Source: Raja brachyura (Eukaryota). Taken from it: DNA of 64,000 nt. A program made the translations under genes and the position numbers. A model generated the notes under the pieces. The model saw only the letters and a program-made list of their open reading frames with translations. It did not search any database and was not told where the DNA came from. Numbering within the stretch: position 1 is the first letter of the stretch; each line of letters opens with the position of its first letter. This document shows positions 24,938 to 38,230 of this stretch, piece by piece. The stretch spans positions 43,586,001 through 43,650,000 of the forward strand of contig OY740797.1 in NCBI GenBank assembly GCA_963514005.1, written 5' to 3'.

Positions 24938-25048
24938 GTGTATAGGAAGGAACTGCATATGCTGGCTTAAACCAAGACCCGAAATGTCACCCATTCCTTC
25001 TCTCCAGAGATGCTGCCTGTCCCGCTGAGTTACTCCAGCTTTTTGTGT
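24938..25048 (+). mobile_element. Penelope-like terminal repeat with short inverted 5' piece
   Basis: taggaaggaactgcatatgctgg (inverted end) joined to gacccgaaatgtcacccattccttctctccagagatgctgcctgtcccgctgagttactccagc. Confidence 0.75.
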
Positions 25049-25621
25049 TGGGAGTCTATTGTACCACGATATTTGATTTGTTATTTCAATAATCAACAGA
25101 TAGATTTAAAGAACAAATTGATTGCAAGACTGGTTTTATTTAAATAGTGGTCCATACCATTGAATAAAATGTCTGCCATATCTGTGATAGTGCTTGAAAA
25201 TGTAAATTGTTTGTACCTATTGATTTCATTGCCGTACGTCAGCAAGGCCAAAAGACTAAGGTTTTGTAGGAGTAAACTTTCTACTCTCAGATACAGAGCG
25301 GGAGTTGAAAGATTCAGATATGTTTGCTTAAGTTGGAGTTTGACACACATACATGGTGAGAACCAAAATAAAGCTGCCTGTGTCCCACTGGCTTGGATTT
25401 GTTTTAATTGATATTCACTCAAATAAATATTGCCTTTATCTAGGTTGTTCATTTGCTGATAATTTAATTGAGGAGTCCATCGTTTTTTTTGCAGTGGTAA
25501 CATCTTACATATGATTGCGAGACTATATTTGATATGGGTTGCGATATCAGGCTGACTAACAGAAGGTTGCCGGAAAGCTAATCTCATTCAGTGATGCCGA
25601 GATTCAAGGCAGCAAAACTAT

Positions 25622-25930
25622 GGGCGGCGCAGTGGCGAAGGTGGCAGAGCTGCTGACTCACAGCGCCAGAGAGCCAGGATTGATCCTGACATTGGGTGCT
25701 GTCTGTGTGGAGTTTGCACATTCTCCCCGTGACCGCGATTGTGCTGGGTGCTCTGCTTTCCTCCCTCTTTCCAAAGATGTGCGGGTTTGGAGGTCAGTTG
25801 GACTCTGGAAACTCCCCTAGTATGTTGGGAGTGAATGAGAAAATGGGATAGTATGAGCTGGTGATCTTTCGTCAACGTGGACCCAGTGGGCTGAAGGGTC
25901 TGTTTCCATGCTGTATCGTTCAATCAATCA
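25622..25930 (+). mobile_element. HE1-like V-SINE
   Basis: gggcggcgcagtggcg head, V-domain gtgtggagtttgcacattctccccgtgacc, and a CR1-type tail. Confidence 0.85.
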
Positions 25931-26257
25931 GTGGAGCATGGTGGAGAGTTTTAGAATGGAACCGGCTATCCATCAGTGACTACTGTTCCAGCCCAGCAAC
26001 CGGAAGCTGAGGAGATAAAAAATAATCATTGAAGAGTGGCTACAAATGCCAAGCCAATAAGAGTGGATGTGTTTTGGAGCTCGTTGTGTATGGGAATTTA
26101 ATTTGTGCATGGCGAAAATTCTTGAGATAAATATTGCTCACCCAACTTGATTATGTTCTTTGTTGCCAGACTTCCTGGAGTTAGGGCCATGCCACCATTA
26201 CACAATAAAATATTTGTGAAATGTACAACAGCACCTCTACTGTTGGCTTGTTCATAT

Positions 26258-26405
26258 AGTCATGTGATAGGATCAGAATTAGACCATTCGGCCCATCAAG
26301 TCTACTCTGCCATTCCATCTTCCCCTCCCAACCCCATTCTCCTGCCTTCTCCCCATAACACCCGACACCCGTACCAATCAAGAATCTATCTGTCTCTGCC
26401 TTAAA
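26258..26405 (-). mobile_element. CR1 LINE 3' end
   Basis: gtcatgtgataggatcagaattagaccattcggcccatc...ccttctccccataac...aatcaagaatctatc. Confidence 0.75.
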
Positions 26406-27624
26406 TGAATTCCTCTATTGTGTATCTTTTCCCATTTTCTTGTTGAATGGAAAAGGGCCTTTTCAAAATAAGCAGCGCATTGGTTCAGCCATGGGTGCAT
26501 TTGACAAGTAGCCATTTTACAACTCATTTGCTAAAGAGCAATTCTGACAATGCTGCCGTCCCTCAGTGTTGAGCAGCAGTAAGCAGTTTCTGGGTTGCAA
26601 TTTGAACGCTTGGCTTTTTGACTCTGAGGTAGCCGTGCTGCCAATTTGAGCTTTGATCGTGTTGGCAGGTAGCCCTGTTGTCAATGTCGGGCTCCTATAG
26701 AGCATCACCTCAGTCTTTTGATTGAAAGCCAGAGATGAGATGCATGTGCCATGATGTGAGTCATTACCGTGAGGATGAATAATGGATTATTCTCCAAGAT
26801 AATGTTTGCATCAAAAAGCAGCTAACAAATACCTCCAATTTAAAAAAAAAATCATAAAAGATGAATCTACTCCTCGGTTTGAGCTGCATCTGTCCAAGTT
26901 ATTGCCAATTCACCAGGCCTTGATTTTGAAGTGATTTATAAAAAAAACAGCAGACACTTTTCAAGAGGACTAGTTCAGTACAGTATTTATTTTCAGTAAT
27001 CCAGCTCCTTCTATCAAATGAATATATTTTTTTACTGTGAGTTAATTTGTTTGACAGTGTGTGTATGTGTTTTTTATAAGCTACCTGGCAAAAGCTTAGA
27101 AAAATAGATTTTCGATGTACTCGAGTACAGTTGGCAAGTTTCTGTCTTCACATATACTTGCAATGCATCAGGACAGAATCAGCAGGCCAGATTGCCACAG
27201 CTTTGAATTGGTGGGTTGACAGCTGCTTCTTTGGCAGACGTTGTGAAGCCCAGTGAGTTGACAGGAAGGACGCTAATGTTTCAGCAGGGCTCTGACTAAG
27301 CTAGCTGCGTCGCAGCATCTGAATGTGTTGTTCTACAGTGATCGTAATTTGAAACAGAAGTAGTTCTTGGCAGAGATCGCGGTCTGTGCTCTCCAAGCAG
27401 GGAGCTGGCAGATTGTGCTGGAGTGCATTGTGCGAATCACAATCACCCAATGCTCAGCCACTTCTTCAGAGAGATTGCTTTAAAACTCGTTTTTAAAAAA
27501 TAACAAGATTTTAAAATTTCATCAATAGTATTGTGGTGAGTGCAGAGCACCAAAGGAGCAGACATGGACTGAAGTTTGCTGGACCTCAATTGAGTTGCTA
27601 TTAAGGGTTGTCCTGCATTTTTTT

Positions 27625-27933
27625 TAGTTTATCTTTAGAGGTACAGCGTGGAAACAGGCCCCATCGGCCCACCGAGACTGCACCGACCAGCGATCCCCGC
27701 ACATTAACACTACCTGACACACACTCGGGACAATTTGCGCTTAAATTAACATCGAACCCTGAACGTCTTTGGAGTGTGGGAGGAAACCGAAGGTCTCAGA
27801 GAAAACCCACGCGGTCACAGGGAGAACGTACAAACTCCATGCAGACAGCACCCGTAGTTGGGATCGAACCCGGGTCGCCAGTGCTGCAAGCCCTGTAAGG
27901 CAGTGACTCTACCACTGCGCCACCGTGCCGCCC
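27625..27933 (-). mobile_element. HE1-like V-SINE
   Basis: Full head on the minus strand (gggcggcacggtggcgcagtggtagag), B box ggttcgatcc, V-domain and tail. Confidence 0.88.
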
Positions 27934-28474
27934 TCTGGTCGCTTGTAGTGGAGGATGGGTGGACGTCTGGAATCCTTCGCTTCCTCAATTACTACCTTTC
28001 ATATCCAAAGTCTATGCAAGCTCCTATTATAATTCTGCTGCTCCTACTACTCCAGCTCTCGATACAACAGCCACATAAGGAAAGGAACAACTATCTATCT
28101 TGTAGGTGTGATGAACAGGGTGGTGCAAAAATAAAGGCAAGTTGACTCCAGGTCTCATTTAGCTTTTCATTTTCTAACTGCTTCAGTCACATTACAAGAA
28201 CAGTCCAGACACTATTCCTCTTGTCAATTTGACATTCATTTAAAAATACTTCTTTAATAAAGTAAGCTACATAAATGGCTATTACATAGGATCCTTGTGC
28301 TTGTATTGCTCTCACATTATTTAAGTTTTGCAATGGTGCTGAAAACTACTTTTGCACAAAGATGTTGCAGCTGGGTGCCATGGCACCACCTATTTTAATG
28401 TTTTAACCGCATTGTGAAAGAAGGCTAGGTCACTTCAGGTTAATGTTGCCTGTGGTTCTTGGGTTCTGGCCTCA

Positions 28475-29010
28475 GAGAATCATACAGCATGCAAACAGGT
28501 CCTTCAGCCCACCTCATCTATGCTGACAAAGATGCCCCATCTCAGCTAGTCACATTTGTCTGCGTTTCACTCATATTCCTCCAAACCTTTCATATCCAAG
28601 TACCTGCCCAAGTATATTTTAAATGCTGTTATATCACTCTGACAGCTCGTTCCATACACCTACCACCCTCTGAATAAAAAATGTTCTCCTTCTGGTTCCT
28701 ATTAAATCTTTCCCCTCTCTCCTTAAACCTGTGTCCCCTGGTTCTTGATTCCCCTACCCTTGGTAAACGACTGTGCATTTATCCTACCTGTTGCCTTCAT
28801 GATCTTATGCACCTCTATATGATTATCCCTCAGCCTCCTGCACTCTGAGGAATGAGGTCCTACCACGCCTAACCTCTCTGCACAGCTCAGGCACTTGAAA
28901 CCTGGCAACATTCTCAATCTTCCCTGCACCCTTTTCAAATGAATGACTTCCTTCCATTCCAAAACTGAACACAGTACTCCAAATGTGGCCTCACCAACGT
29001 CTTCTACAAA
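28475..29010 (-). mobile_element. CR1 LINE 3' fragment
   Basis: Minus strand LKRVQGRLRMLPGFKCLSCAERL...RRLRDNHIEVHKIMKA, plus the 3' UTR. Confidence 0.85.
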
Positions 29011-29049
29011 GAATATAACCAATATTCTGTGGAAAAACATACATCTTCT

Positions 29050-29495
29050 AGGTGCGCTGGGACGCATCCTCAGTGATGTGACCTGGGGTCATCGGGTGTT
29101 TCGGGTCTCACAGCATCAGACACCCTCGCCCAGGCGACCCAGCCGGGGTTGATCAGGCCCCGACTTGTGTCCCAGCAGCAACCGCCCACGGATCAGCCAT
29201 CTTAATAACTACTCTGCAGGGGTTGGGAGACTCTAGTGCATGGAGGGACTGGGCTCTGTGGGGTGACTCCCAGCCGAGCTCCTCCTGCATCTCACCAGGT
29301 TCAAGGCCTATGCGCTGCACCTCTTTCTCCTTCTCCGAGCATTTCATTCTCGCCTGATGGATTTTTAGGCCACGGTGGTTCATTAGGCCTTTCCGTAGCT
29401 TTATTGGGTGTCTTTCTCACGAAAGACACAGATTGGGGTGCTAACCCGGCCTGTCCCGGGTGCCGTCTCTCCGTGCTGTCAACTATCTCTCCAGT
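29050..29495 (-). mobile_element. Internally deleted REL-type (Hero/R2-superclade-like) non-LTR retroelement
   Basis: NHRGLKIHQARMKC...PGEMQEELGWESPHRAQSL resembles the N-terminal zinc-finger half of fish Hero-like ORFs. It is fused to IKMADPWAVAAGTQVGA* (their C-terminus) and a 3' UTR gggtgt...gacccgaaacacccgatgaccccagg..catcactga. Family assignment is from recall. Confidence 0.55.
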
Positions 29496-29877
29496 TGTCA
29501 TGCACAGTGTTTGTCACCAATTGAATGTCTTTAACTCCGATGAACATATAACTTTGCTGCAATAATATTGCATGAGACAATTTAAAAGATTGAATAAAAC
29601 AAAAATGAATGAAATGCTCAGTAGGTCAGGCAAAAAGGGAAGTTAGCTAATGTTTCAGCTCAGTGAACCAGCCTTTTAGTACAGAACCATGTTCTTTTAC
29701 AGTGTATTTTGTTAAATGTTACTGCATTGAATCTATTGTTAGTGAGATCTCTGCACATTTAATTAAAATGTGAATTCTGAATGGACATAGAAAACAATGT
29801 ACTGGACCTTCCGCCACTTTGTAGTGTTACCAGGTCGAAGATCATCAAAGATTTTGAGTTACGTTTGTATTATTACT

Positions 29878-30350
29878 CATAGTCAAAGAGTCATACAGGA
29901 TGGAAACAGGCCCTTCAGCCCAACTTGTCCACACGGACCAACATGTTCCAGCTACACTTGTCCCACCTGCCTGCATTTGGCCCATATCCCTCCAAACCTG
30001 TCCATGTACCTGTCTAAAGGCCCTATCACACGATATGAGTTTACCCAAGAGCTCTCCCGAGTTTGAAAAATAATCAAACTCGTGGTAAGTACGTAGAATG
30101 TCCGTAGCGGGAACATCGGAGCTACTGGATGTCTCGTAGCAGCTCGTAATGCTAACGGCAGGTACTCGGCAAAAGCGGTAACGCATGAAGTTTTTTCAAC
30201 AGTGTGAAAAATTTCCAAGAATAAAAAAAATACTCGTGATGAAGTACTACGAGTTTGATTTTTTTTTAAACTCGGGAGAGCTCTTGGGTCAACTCGCATC
30301 GTGGCACAGGGGCTTAACTGTTTCTTAAATGTTGCAATAGTACCTTCCAC
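29878..30350 (-). mobile_element. CR1 LINE 3' end split by a MITE
   Basis: EGTIATFKKQL|DRYMDRFGGIWAKCRQVG is continuous once 30018-30317 is removed. Confidence 0.85.
30018..30314. mobile_element. PIF/Harbinger-type MITE
   Basis: TAA duplication (30015-30017, 30315-30317). TIRs AGGCCCTATCACACG / CGTGGCACAGGGGCT extend into ~60-bp inverted arms (acccaagagctctcccgagttt / aaactcgggagagctcttgggt). Confidence 0.85.
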
Positions 30351-31239
30351 AATGAAAATGGAACTTTTCCACTGCTATTTGAATAGAATTATTGCATCAG
30401 TCAGAACAAAAAATGGCTTGATTAAAATAAGGCACATAATGTCGTATGGAAATATATTTGATTTTAAGCATTGCAGATAGGAGCTTCCATTCACTCGAAG
30501 TTGAAGACATTAGTCCGGTTTCCTTTCCTATATGATTCTCACATTACATTATTTGTCTGAGTCCATGGATGAAATGTAGGTACCGTCCATTTCAGTCAGA
30601 CGTGAACTGCTTTTACTTGTGTGGTCTCCTCCCTCTCCGACTCCATCCAATCCCTCCTCCCCCTTCCAAAACCAATCTCTTATGTACCTGACTTCTACTT
30701 ACACTCATAGGACCATTTAAAACAATCTAAATCTAATAAACTTAAAAACATCTAAAATCTGGTGCAAGTAAAGATGTACATAAATAAAGATTGGTTACGT
30801 AACTGTTGCCAACATTGAGGCATATTTATTAGGGTTCTGAAATGCAGTAAATAGCTGTACGAGTAAACATTATTATCGATACAGTCTTCAGAATCATTTT
30901 GCTGGGCTCTTAAAATCTCCACAAATACAACACATTCCCAACTTCTGATAAAAGCCAGTAATTTATTTCTTTCATGCTTTTCCTCCTATTTTGTTATCTT
31001 TGCAGCAAATCCCTTTCACTCTTTCTCCATTGCAACATTGTAATGGAAAGATTCCCTTGTGGCACATGATTCCAGGTGAGGTGTATTATCCACACTACGT
31101 TTGATGTCAAGCAATGTTTTTATATGTCCCACCAGGGGTTGTGTTTATTTTGAAGCCCTGGCCGATAAAGAGAATACAAAGTGTCATTGCTCATACCGAA
31201 GCAAAAGCTACGCTCGCAGGTGGACTTTTGCCCAAAGGT

Positions 31240-31396
31240 TTGTTGTTACCTGCTAACAATGATCTATCCTACATTTCCCTTGATCTCCATTCCCTTTGTC
31301 CTGTTTTCACACCTTACACTTCCTTATCTATCTACCTTCCTCTCCCCTGACTTCAGTTTGAAGAAGGGTCTCGACCCGAAACGTCACCCATTCCCA
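31240..31396 (+). mobile_element. Penelope-like 3' UTR and terminal repeat
   Basis: Pyrimidine-rich UTR, then cagttTGAAGAagggtctcgacccGAAACGTCacccattcc. Confidence 0.75.
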
Positions 31397-32164
31397 TTGT
31401 GTCTATAATTCTTTTTTATGACTTTTGAGTGTCAATGTTTGTAGCGGCAGATTTTCATATCTTTCAGGTAATTAGCACCCTAGCCGCTATTTGGATGAGA
31501 ATGGTTGAAGGGGGTGTCTTCTAAACGCATGCGAGCTCACTCACAGAGACCTTCGGAGCTTCTTTTCAGATATGGCTTCAAAACACAGTCTTTTGATGAA
31601 TAAATGCTTTATTGTTGATAGTAAACAGTAAGATACATCCAAATTTCATCCGACACATTATTACAATCTTCTTCGAACTCCAGCTTATTACTTTAGACAT
31701 TAGAAAACTCCTCGCGTCTCCGTAACACTGGCATGATCTGGCATGTGGCCCGCATGACCCCGCATGGTAGAAGGGTTAACCTTCCCCATCGTCTCTCCAA
31801 ACTAAACTAAAAACTAAACTTCTGCGCAAGCATCTGAGCTCCAAACACGCCCCAAAACAGGTCATAATTCCCACCAACAATATAACGGGCAGTCTAAAAT
31901 TTAAAGGCACATGCCATCATCAGTGACATGCAAAACAAGACAAAAGGCCATGACAAGGTTCTTTATTTTACTCCAGTAGTACACATTAAAACAATAATGG
32001 AAGATATTCCATAATTTTCCTCTGCAGATGTGAATAAACAGCAGTAGAATGTTGCTGGAAGATACCAGAAGAGAAAAGTGGGCCTGCAATGTTCTAATAC
32101 TTTACCCATAACTAAGCACAAAGGTCTAGCAACCAATTCAAGCTCGAGGTTCCTAGATCAGGAC

Positions 32165-32432
32165 AGCACAGGCCCTACAGTCCGCAATGTTTGTGCTGAA
32201 CATGATGCTGGGCTAAACTGATCTCATCTGCCTGTGTACATGATCCATATCCCTCTATTCCTTGCACTTCCATGTGCCTATTTAAAAGATTCTTAAAGGC
32301 CATTATCGTACCTGCCTCTACCACCACCCTTGGCAATGGTGGACCCCAGGCTCCACACATCTCCAGTAAATTCCCTCCTCTCATCTTACAGCTATGCCCT
32401 CTAGTGTTGGACATTTCCCACCCTGGGAAAAA
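32165..32432 (-). mobile_element. CR1 LINE 3' fragment
   Basis: FFPGWEMSNTRGHSCKMRGG...LPRVVVEAGTIMAFKNLLNRHMEVQGIEGYG. Confidence 0.85.
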
Positions 32433-32964
32433 GGTCATTTTTTAATTGACCATGGGACTGAGTACCTTGAAGAGGCACCTCATGACTTGTGACTGAACAC
32501 AGCTGGGCTCTCAGGCAATCCAAATGTTGCCTAGCTCCACACATGGGTCTTTGGTGCCAAGAGGAACACAACCACCCAACTTAGTTTCATAAAAATGTAT
32601 CCAAGAAACATTCCTGGGCTGGACTGAAACAGCCATCAATGATCCCCCAAAGATCTTGTATACGTGCTTGATATAGAACATAATCTGGTAAGAAATGGTG
32701 ACTGGGCTGAAGGAATAATTCCAATACACCTTCACTGAATGGTCCAGTAGGACATTGCAATCAAAACCAGAGAGAGTTCAGAGCAGAAGAAATCAAAGAT
32801 TTCCTTGTTGGGCTGGAATTAAACAACCATTGTCTTCATGGCTGCACATTCAAAGTTTGAAGAAAACTCTGGTACAGTAGATTAGTCTTGCTATGCTAAT
32901 GGGTGAGCCCTGCATCCCTGCTCTTCACAACATTACCATTCCTTTGTGTTCTCACTCTCAAACT

Positions 32965-33630
32965 GCAGGAAAGACTGAGTGCTGGAGTATCTCAGCGGGG
33001 GAGAGAGCATCTCAGGAAAACATGGAAAGGCGATGTTTAGGGTCGGGACCTTTTTTCAGACATCAGATGGGTCCTGACCCGCAGCGTCATCTATCCATGT
33101 TCTCCTGAGATGCTGCTTGTTCTGCTGGACTCTGTCTTCTTTAATAAACCAATATCTGCTGTCCCTTCCTTCCATGCTCTCTAACTCATTTCACAGAATC
33201 TATGCACAAGGACTACATTCTCTCTCTTTAACACCTCATTTAATCCACTGAGCAGATAAATCATTTAGATCTTATCCCCAGGACAACCCTGACCCCACCC
33301 TGTCTGAAATATTCACTTTGTGCTCACACATCTTCCCCATGCTCTCCAGAACTTGATACTAACTTGTGCAGGGAGGAATTGCAGACTCTGGTTTAAACCA
33401 AAGACAGACACAAAAGGATGAAGCAACCCAGTAACATCTCTGGAGAAAAGGAATAGGTGACATTTTAGGTCAATACCCTTCTTCAGACTGACTTGTTTTC
33501 TTCAATGAGTCTTCAGCCTAAAGTGTTAAATCTGTTTCGCTTTCCACAGATGCTGCCCGAGGTGCTGACTGCACCGTTTTCTGTTTATATTTCAGACTTC
33601 CAATGTTTGCAGTTTTTGATCTTCATTTTT
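32965..33630. mobile_element. Cluster of Penelope-like terminal repeats (foldback 32965-33170; minus copy 33365-33490; older copy 33510-33630)
   Basis: Repeated gctggagt..ctcagc, gggtc.ggaccc, cccttcttcagactg and tccacagatgctgcc motifs. Confidence 0.65.
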
Positions 33631-33959
33631 CACAGATGATATTTTCATAGCTCAAATAAGAAAGGAACCATAATATTTCATGAAGGGTTTGAGCACCTCA
33701 GTCCATATGTAACCAATAATAATCAAAACAGATTTTATCCAGCTATTTCTTTAAAAGCTTTTGACAGATATTCATATTATCATGGATAAAATCCACACCT
33801 CGAGACTAACTTGAACTTTGTAAATTTATACTGGTTTTGTATAGTTCTAATTCATAGTTCTAATGAGATAAATTGGTAATATTCTTTTTTTTCTTGCAGC
33901 TTTTTTAGGAGATCTATTTGAGATCTTTGAATCTTATTTTTTCTCAGTCCTGTGAAATT

Positions 33960-34600
33960 TTTTTTTTGATAATTTAACCTTGAAGTCCAAGAAAAAATGG
34001 TGTTGCTACACTCAAAACAAACACTATTCTTTGACGTGGGGTTCTCAAAAATACTTCCAGTATTCCAGATCTGCGGAAAATTAAAATCACTTGTTTTGAC
34101 TTGTAATCATATGCCCTTGAGATACATCCCAATACTTGATTACCTTGTTCGTAACAGCTTTCCACTGACTGGAAACATCCAGTGAATCATCAATAATCAC
34201 ACCCAAGTGCTTTTCTTTTCCACCTTTGTTAATGGACATCCTTATATTTGGCATGTGTTTCCTGTTGCAGTATGCATTGCCTTACATCTATATATCTGCA
34301 TTAAAATCCATCCACCATTCCTTAGCCTATTTGCATAATTGTTTAGATCCCTCTAAATGCTTTTGAAATGGTTTATATTCATCGCCCGAACAAATTAGCT
34401 GCTTGTGCCTGGCCAACTTTATAATTTTATTAAAAGTGCATCGCTTCATATTATTTATGAATATGGAGAACAGTAGACCTGAATGACTGCTAGCAAACTT
34501 CAATCATCCATAACCTCCAACTAGACCTTTTTCCCATTTATCATCATATCCTGTTTTCTCTTGCCAAGCCAACGTTTAATCCAGCTAGCTATTTCGTCAT
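33960..34600 (-). mobile_element. Old, highly degenerate CR1-like RT fragment
   Basis: Minus GNQVLGCISRAYDYKSKQVIL (cf. ANxxLGxIxRxxxYKSxEVIL) and a gcattaaaatccatccaccatt (W-x-M-x-F-N) remnant. Confidence 0.55.
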
Positions 34601-37489
34601 TAATTCTGTGACATGACTACTGAAAATGCTCACCTACTGAAAGCCACACTGGATCTCTCCTGTGAAAGCAAGTGTGTACAGATTTTGCGGTTTCTCCAGT
34701 AGCGATCTTTTCCTTTTAAAAAAAATATTTTCCCATAGAAAATGAATTGCCTAATGTATTTAGAAAACTGGAGATGGGAAATTAAGCATATTGCCTCATA
34801 TCATGTAGTCCGCCAATGTTTATTTGTTTACCAAGAGTCTTTTCTTTATGATAGCAGCTATCAAAATACTCAAAGCTATCAGAAAATATTACATAAAAAT
34901 CCAATCCTCTTGGATGCAGTGAGAGTAATGTATGGAATATTTCTTTGGAGAATACTATGTATATTGTGACTTTGTACGTGGCCAGATGCTTGGTCGAGTG
35001 GCTGGTGTAAGGGAATGGTAGATGGCAGTATGTAACAGGAATTTAACAAATGGCGTAGGTCGGTAGAGTGCAGCCCCACTAAGTGACATCAAACAGAAGG
35101 GTTATAAACACAGGTGGTAACCTGGAATTTTTCATTAAAACACAAATGAATAGAAGGAGTGGAGATCAAAGTTGTTTCTATGGAATGGTGACATTGAAAA
35201 CCCTAACTTTCTCCTCCAATTTCAAAACGCACACATTATATTCATACAATTTGTGAATATAGAGCATGCTAATATTTAATAAATTGCTGTACCTTTTTCC
35301 TGTGGAACTTGGAATGATTCCAGACCCAGATTTGCAGCTTACGTGGCTGCTCCTTTGGAACCCTGTTGCACCCAGAGAAACACCACTGGGGTAAGCAGTT
35401 CAAAGCACTACCCTGTCACCAATTCGTGCCTGAGGAGACAGAGAGGTACCCACCTCTCGACTGTCGAAGAAGTTACCTGTGACTGCAGTGGGAATGTGTC
35501 TGGTGGAGCGAGTTCCTGGAAGAGATGGCAAGATGGATAAACGGCACACTTCACTCTGGAATAATTCAAGATTATATGTGGCAGCATCTTGATGGAGCTT
35601 TGGGTCTTTCTACAAAACCAATAAACCAATTCCTCTTTTAAATACATGCTTTGAGGCATCACTTTTTATTCTTCCACGAGAATTGCTAGCAAGGACATCA
35701 TATTTTACCCATCACTTATTGGCCCTGCGGAAGAAATATCTGCTATTTCCGATGTTTCATTTTATTTATTGAACAAGACCAAACTTGATGGATTCTTCCA
35801 GAGTTAGAAGCTAATTTGTCAGCAATGACTATTTCAACAAAATAAAAACCATTGATTTTATTTTTCCTGTTCTCTGCTCAATTTCACTGCGTTGGTTAAA
35901 GCAGTAGCTACAGTGTGGTGGGATTCAACTTTTAGTTTTTTTCCTGACAGTTCCTGAACTATGATGCTTCAAAATGTTAAAACAGTTAATGTTTTAAATT
36001 AAAATTATGAGAAGCTCTTGATTGATGCTTTAATTGTCCTTCAAATTCCAGATGTTTTATTTATTTTGTCTTCTGAACCATGTTTCACAAGTAATTTCTC
36101 ATGATGTCCTCAGTTACTACAGACATGAAATTGCACAGTAATGAATGACCTAAGATATCCTGTACTTAAAATGTATGTGTTTCTTAATTCATTTAAATCT
36201 TGTTTTAACTTGTTAGTTTACTCAGAAACCGGAGGTTACATCTGCAAGGATTTAGTACCCACATGTAAGATGTTTGTTTGCTTTTCAACAGGCTTACAAA
36301 TCAGTTCCTCTTTCATAATATCATTAACCTCAAAACTAATGTAAAGCAGAGAAGATCTGTTTTGTACATTTTTGTGTCAGCATCCAGGATGCTAATGCAA
36401 CTTGTGGGTGTGATTCAATTTTCATAATCCACGACTGATTAAGCACGAGGCAGAGGCACAGACAATATTGAGAAGATGTGTCTAAACTGTAAATCAGCTC
36501 GATCTAATTGAATGGGCCAAAACATGACCCAAGATTTACCCCGTGCTGCAACTTTTAAAATGTGACCCCTTTAAGTTGTGAACTATTCTGTTTGAGACTA
36601 TTTCTTCCCTTGACATTTTTACTGCTTTTTGAACATTTTCCAGAGCCCACTCTATCATCACATCTTTAGAAGGGAAAGGGTGTGATCTCAGCTGAACTTT
36701 TTAAACATCTCACAGCTGAAGGGCTTATGTCTCTATCATATTTGTGTTTTTGAGTCTGGGTTCACCATTAATGCTGAATAAAGTCAGATATTTAAAAGTT
36801 GTGTTTGTCCATTATGGGTGCAAAATGAGAAATAAAATTACATACCGTTGCAAATTGTAATCCCAAGGATTGAGTGCCTAATGGCGGGGAGATAGCAGGA
36901 AAGAAGCATAGTTGCATAGTGCAAGTCTGTGTTTGGAATGCATTTGGAGACTTCAAACAAAAAATATTGAAAGGTCTTTATTGTCATTTTTTTTTGGTAA
37001 CAAACAAGGGTGTTTTTAAGCCATTGCCAACAGATAAATAGCATTTGCTGATTTCAATTCTGCCTCATCATGTCAAACACAATAGGGTTACACAAAAAAA
37101 ACTTTTATACAATTGAACAGATATTGGCTATTGGCATTTTTGTGAGGAAGCAGTCATTAATCACAATTATATGAAAATCTATCATTCTAAGCGATGTGGT
37201 CATCCTCTAAGCTCGTTGGCAGCGGATTGGAGAAAATGGTTGATAGCACATTATTAAACAGTCAAGCTGTACATCCTGTTGTCAGTACTTTTAGTACCTG
37301 ACTACTGAAAGTGCCGATGCAAGGTATTAGTCTGAGAAATGAAAGGAGAAAATGCTGGAAATACTCAGCAGATCAGGCATATAGGCAAACAAAGTTAATG
37401 TATCATGTCACTGTATTCTCCCGCTCTGAAGAACTATTTAGAGATGAAGCTGGTTTTAAGCAAATACAGAGGCAAGAAACATGTTTGTT

Positions 37490-37795
37490 GGAGAACCAGA
37501 GGACATAGGTTTAAGGTGAAGGGGGGGCATGGGGAAAGATTTAATAGGAACCTGAGGGGCAACTTTTTTACACAAAGGGCGGTAGGTATATGGAACAAGC
37601 TGCCGGAAGACGTAGTTGAGGCAGGTTCTATCACAACGTTTAAGAAATATTTGGACAGGTACATAGATAGGATAGGTTTAGAGGGATGTTGGCCACATAC
37701 AGGCAGATGGGACAAGTGTAGGTGGGGCACGTTGGCCGGTGTGGGGACGTTGTGCCAGAGGGCCTGTTTCCACGCACACTGCATGACTATGAGTC
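37490..37795 (+). mobile_element. CR1 LINE 3' fragment
   Basis: RTRGHRFKVKG..ERFNRNLRGNFFTQRAVGIWNKLPEDVVEAGSITTFKKYLDRYID. Confidence 0.9.
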
Positions 37796-37849
37796 TAGGT
37801 GGGTGAGATCTGTGATTGGGCACAAGGTTAGATCTCTGCTCCACTGTAT

Positions 37850-38230
37850 CTGGCAGGACCCTACACTCTTCCACTTGCCACTCTGTCCTCCTCCTCACCG
37901 AACCACAGTGGGATCACCAGCCCCATCACTCATCCTCATTCACCATCACCAATCTGCACATTCAATAGATCTGCCTCTCCCAGTTCGAATGCCGTGATCT
38001 ACATTCATCGTGATACCACCAGAAAACACATCTTCCTTTGCACCGCCTTTTCAACTTTGGAAAGAAATCCGTGGCAGCCTGGTACTCATTCTCACTCTCA
38101 TTGCCCCTGTCAAGGTACTTCTCAACCCAACAATTGCTCCCTTAACTTCACCCTCTCAACTGTGGAGGGTTCCAGCATTCAATCCAGGTGCAAAGTCATT
38201 TCACTAGTTCACTACGTGTTGATGCCTCTA
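37850..38230 (+). mobile_element. Degenerate Penelope ORF fragment (RT thumb to endonuclease linker)
   Basis: IHRDTTRKHIF resembles Penelope LQRDPTTKHIFP, and the neighbouring remnants resemble PLVLTFHP. Confidence 0.5.

Noticed and set aside
29095-29127. Hammerhead in the Hero-like 3' UTR (minus strand ctgatgctgtgagacccgaaac)
   Set aside because: It lacks the G8-A9 of CUGANGA, a stem II and an NUH triplet. It is better explained as a simple GGGTGT/ACACCC hairpin.
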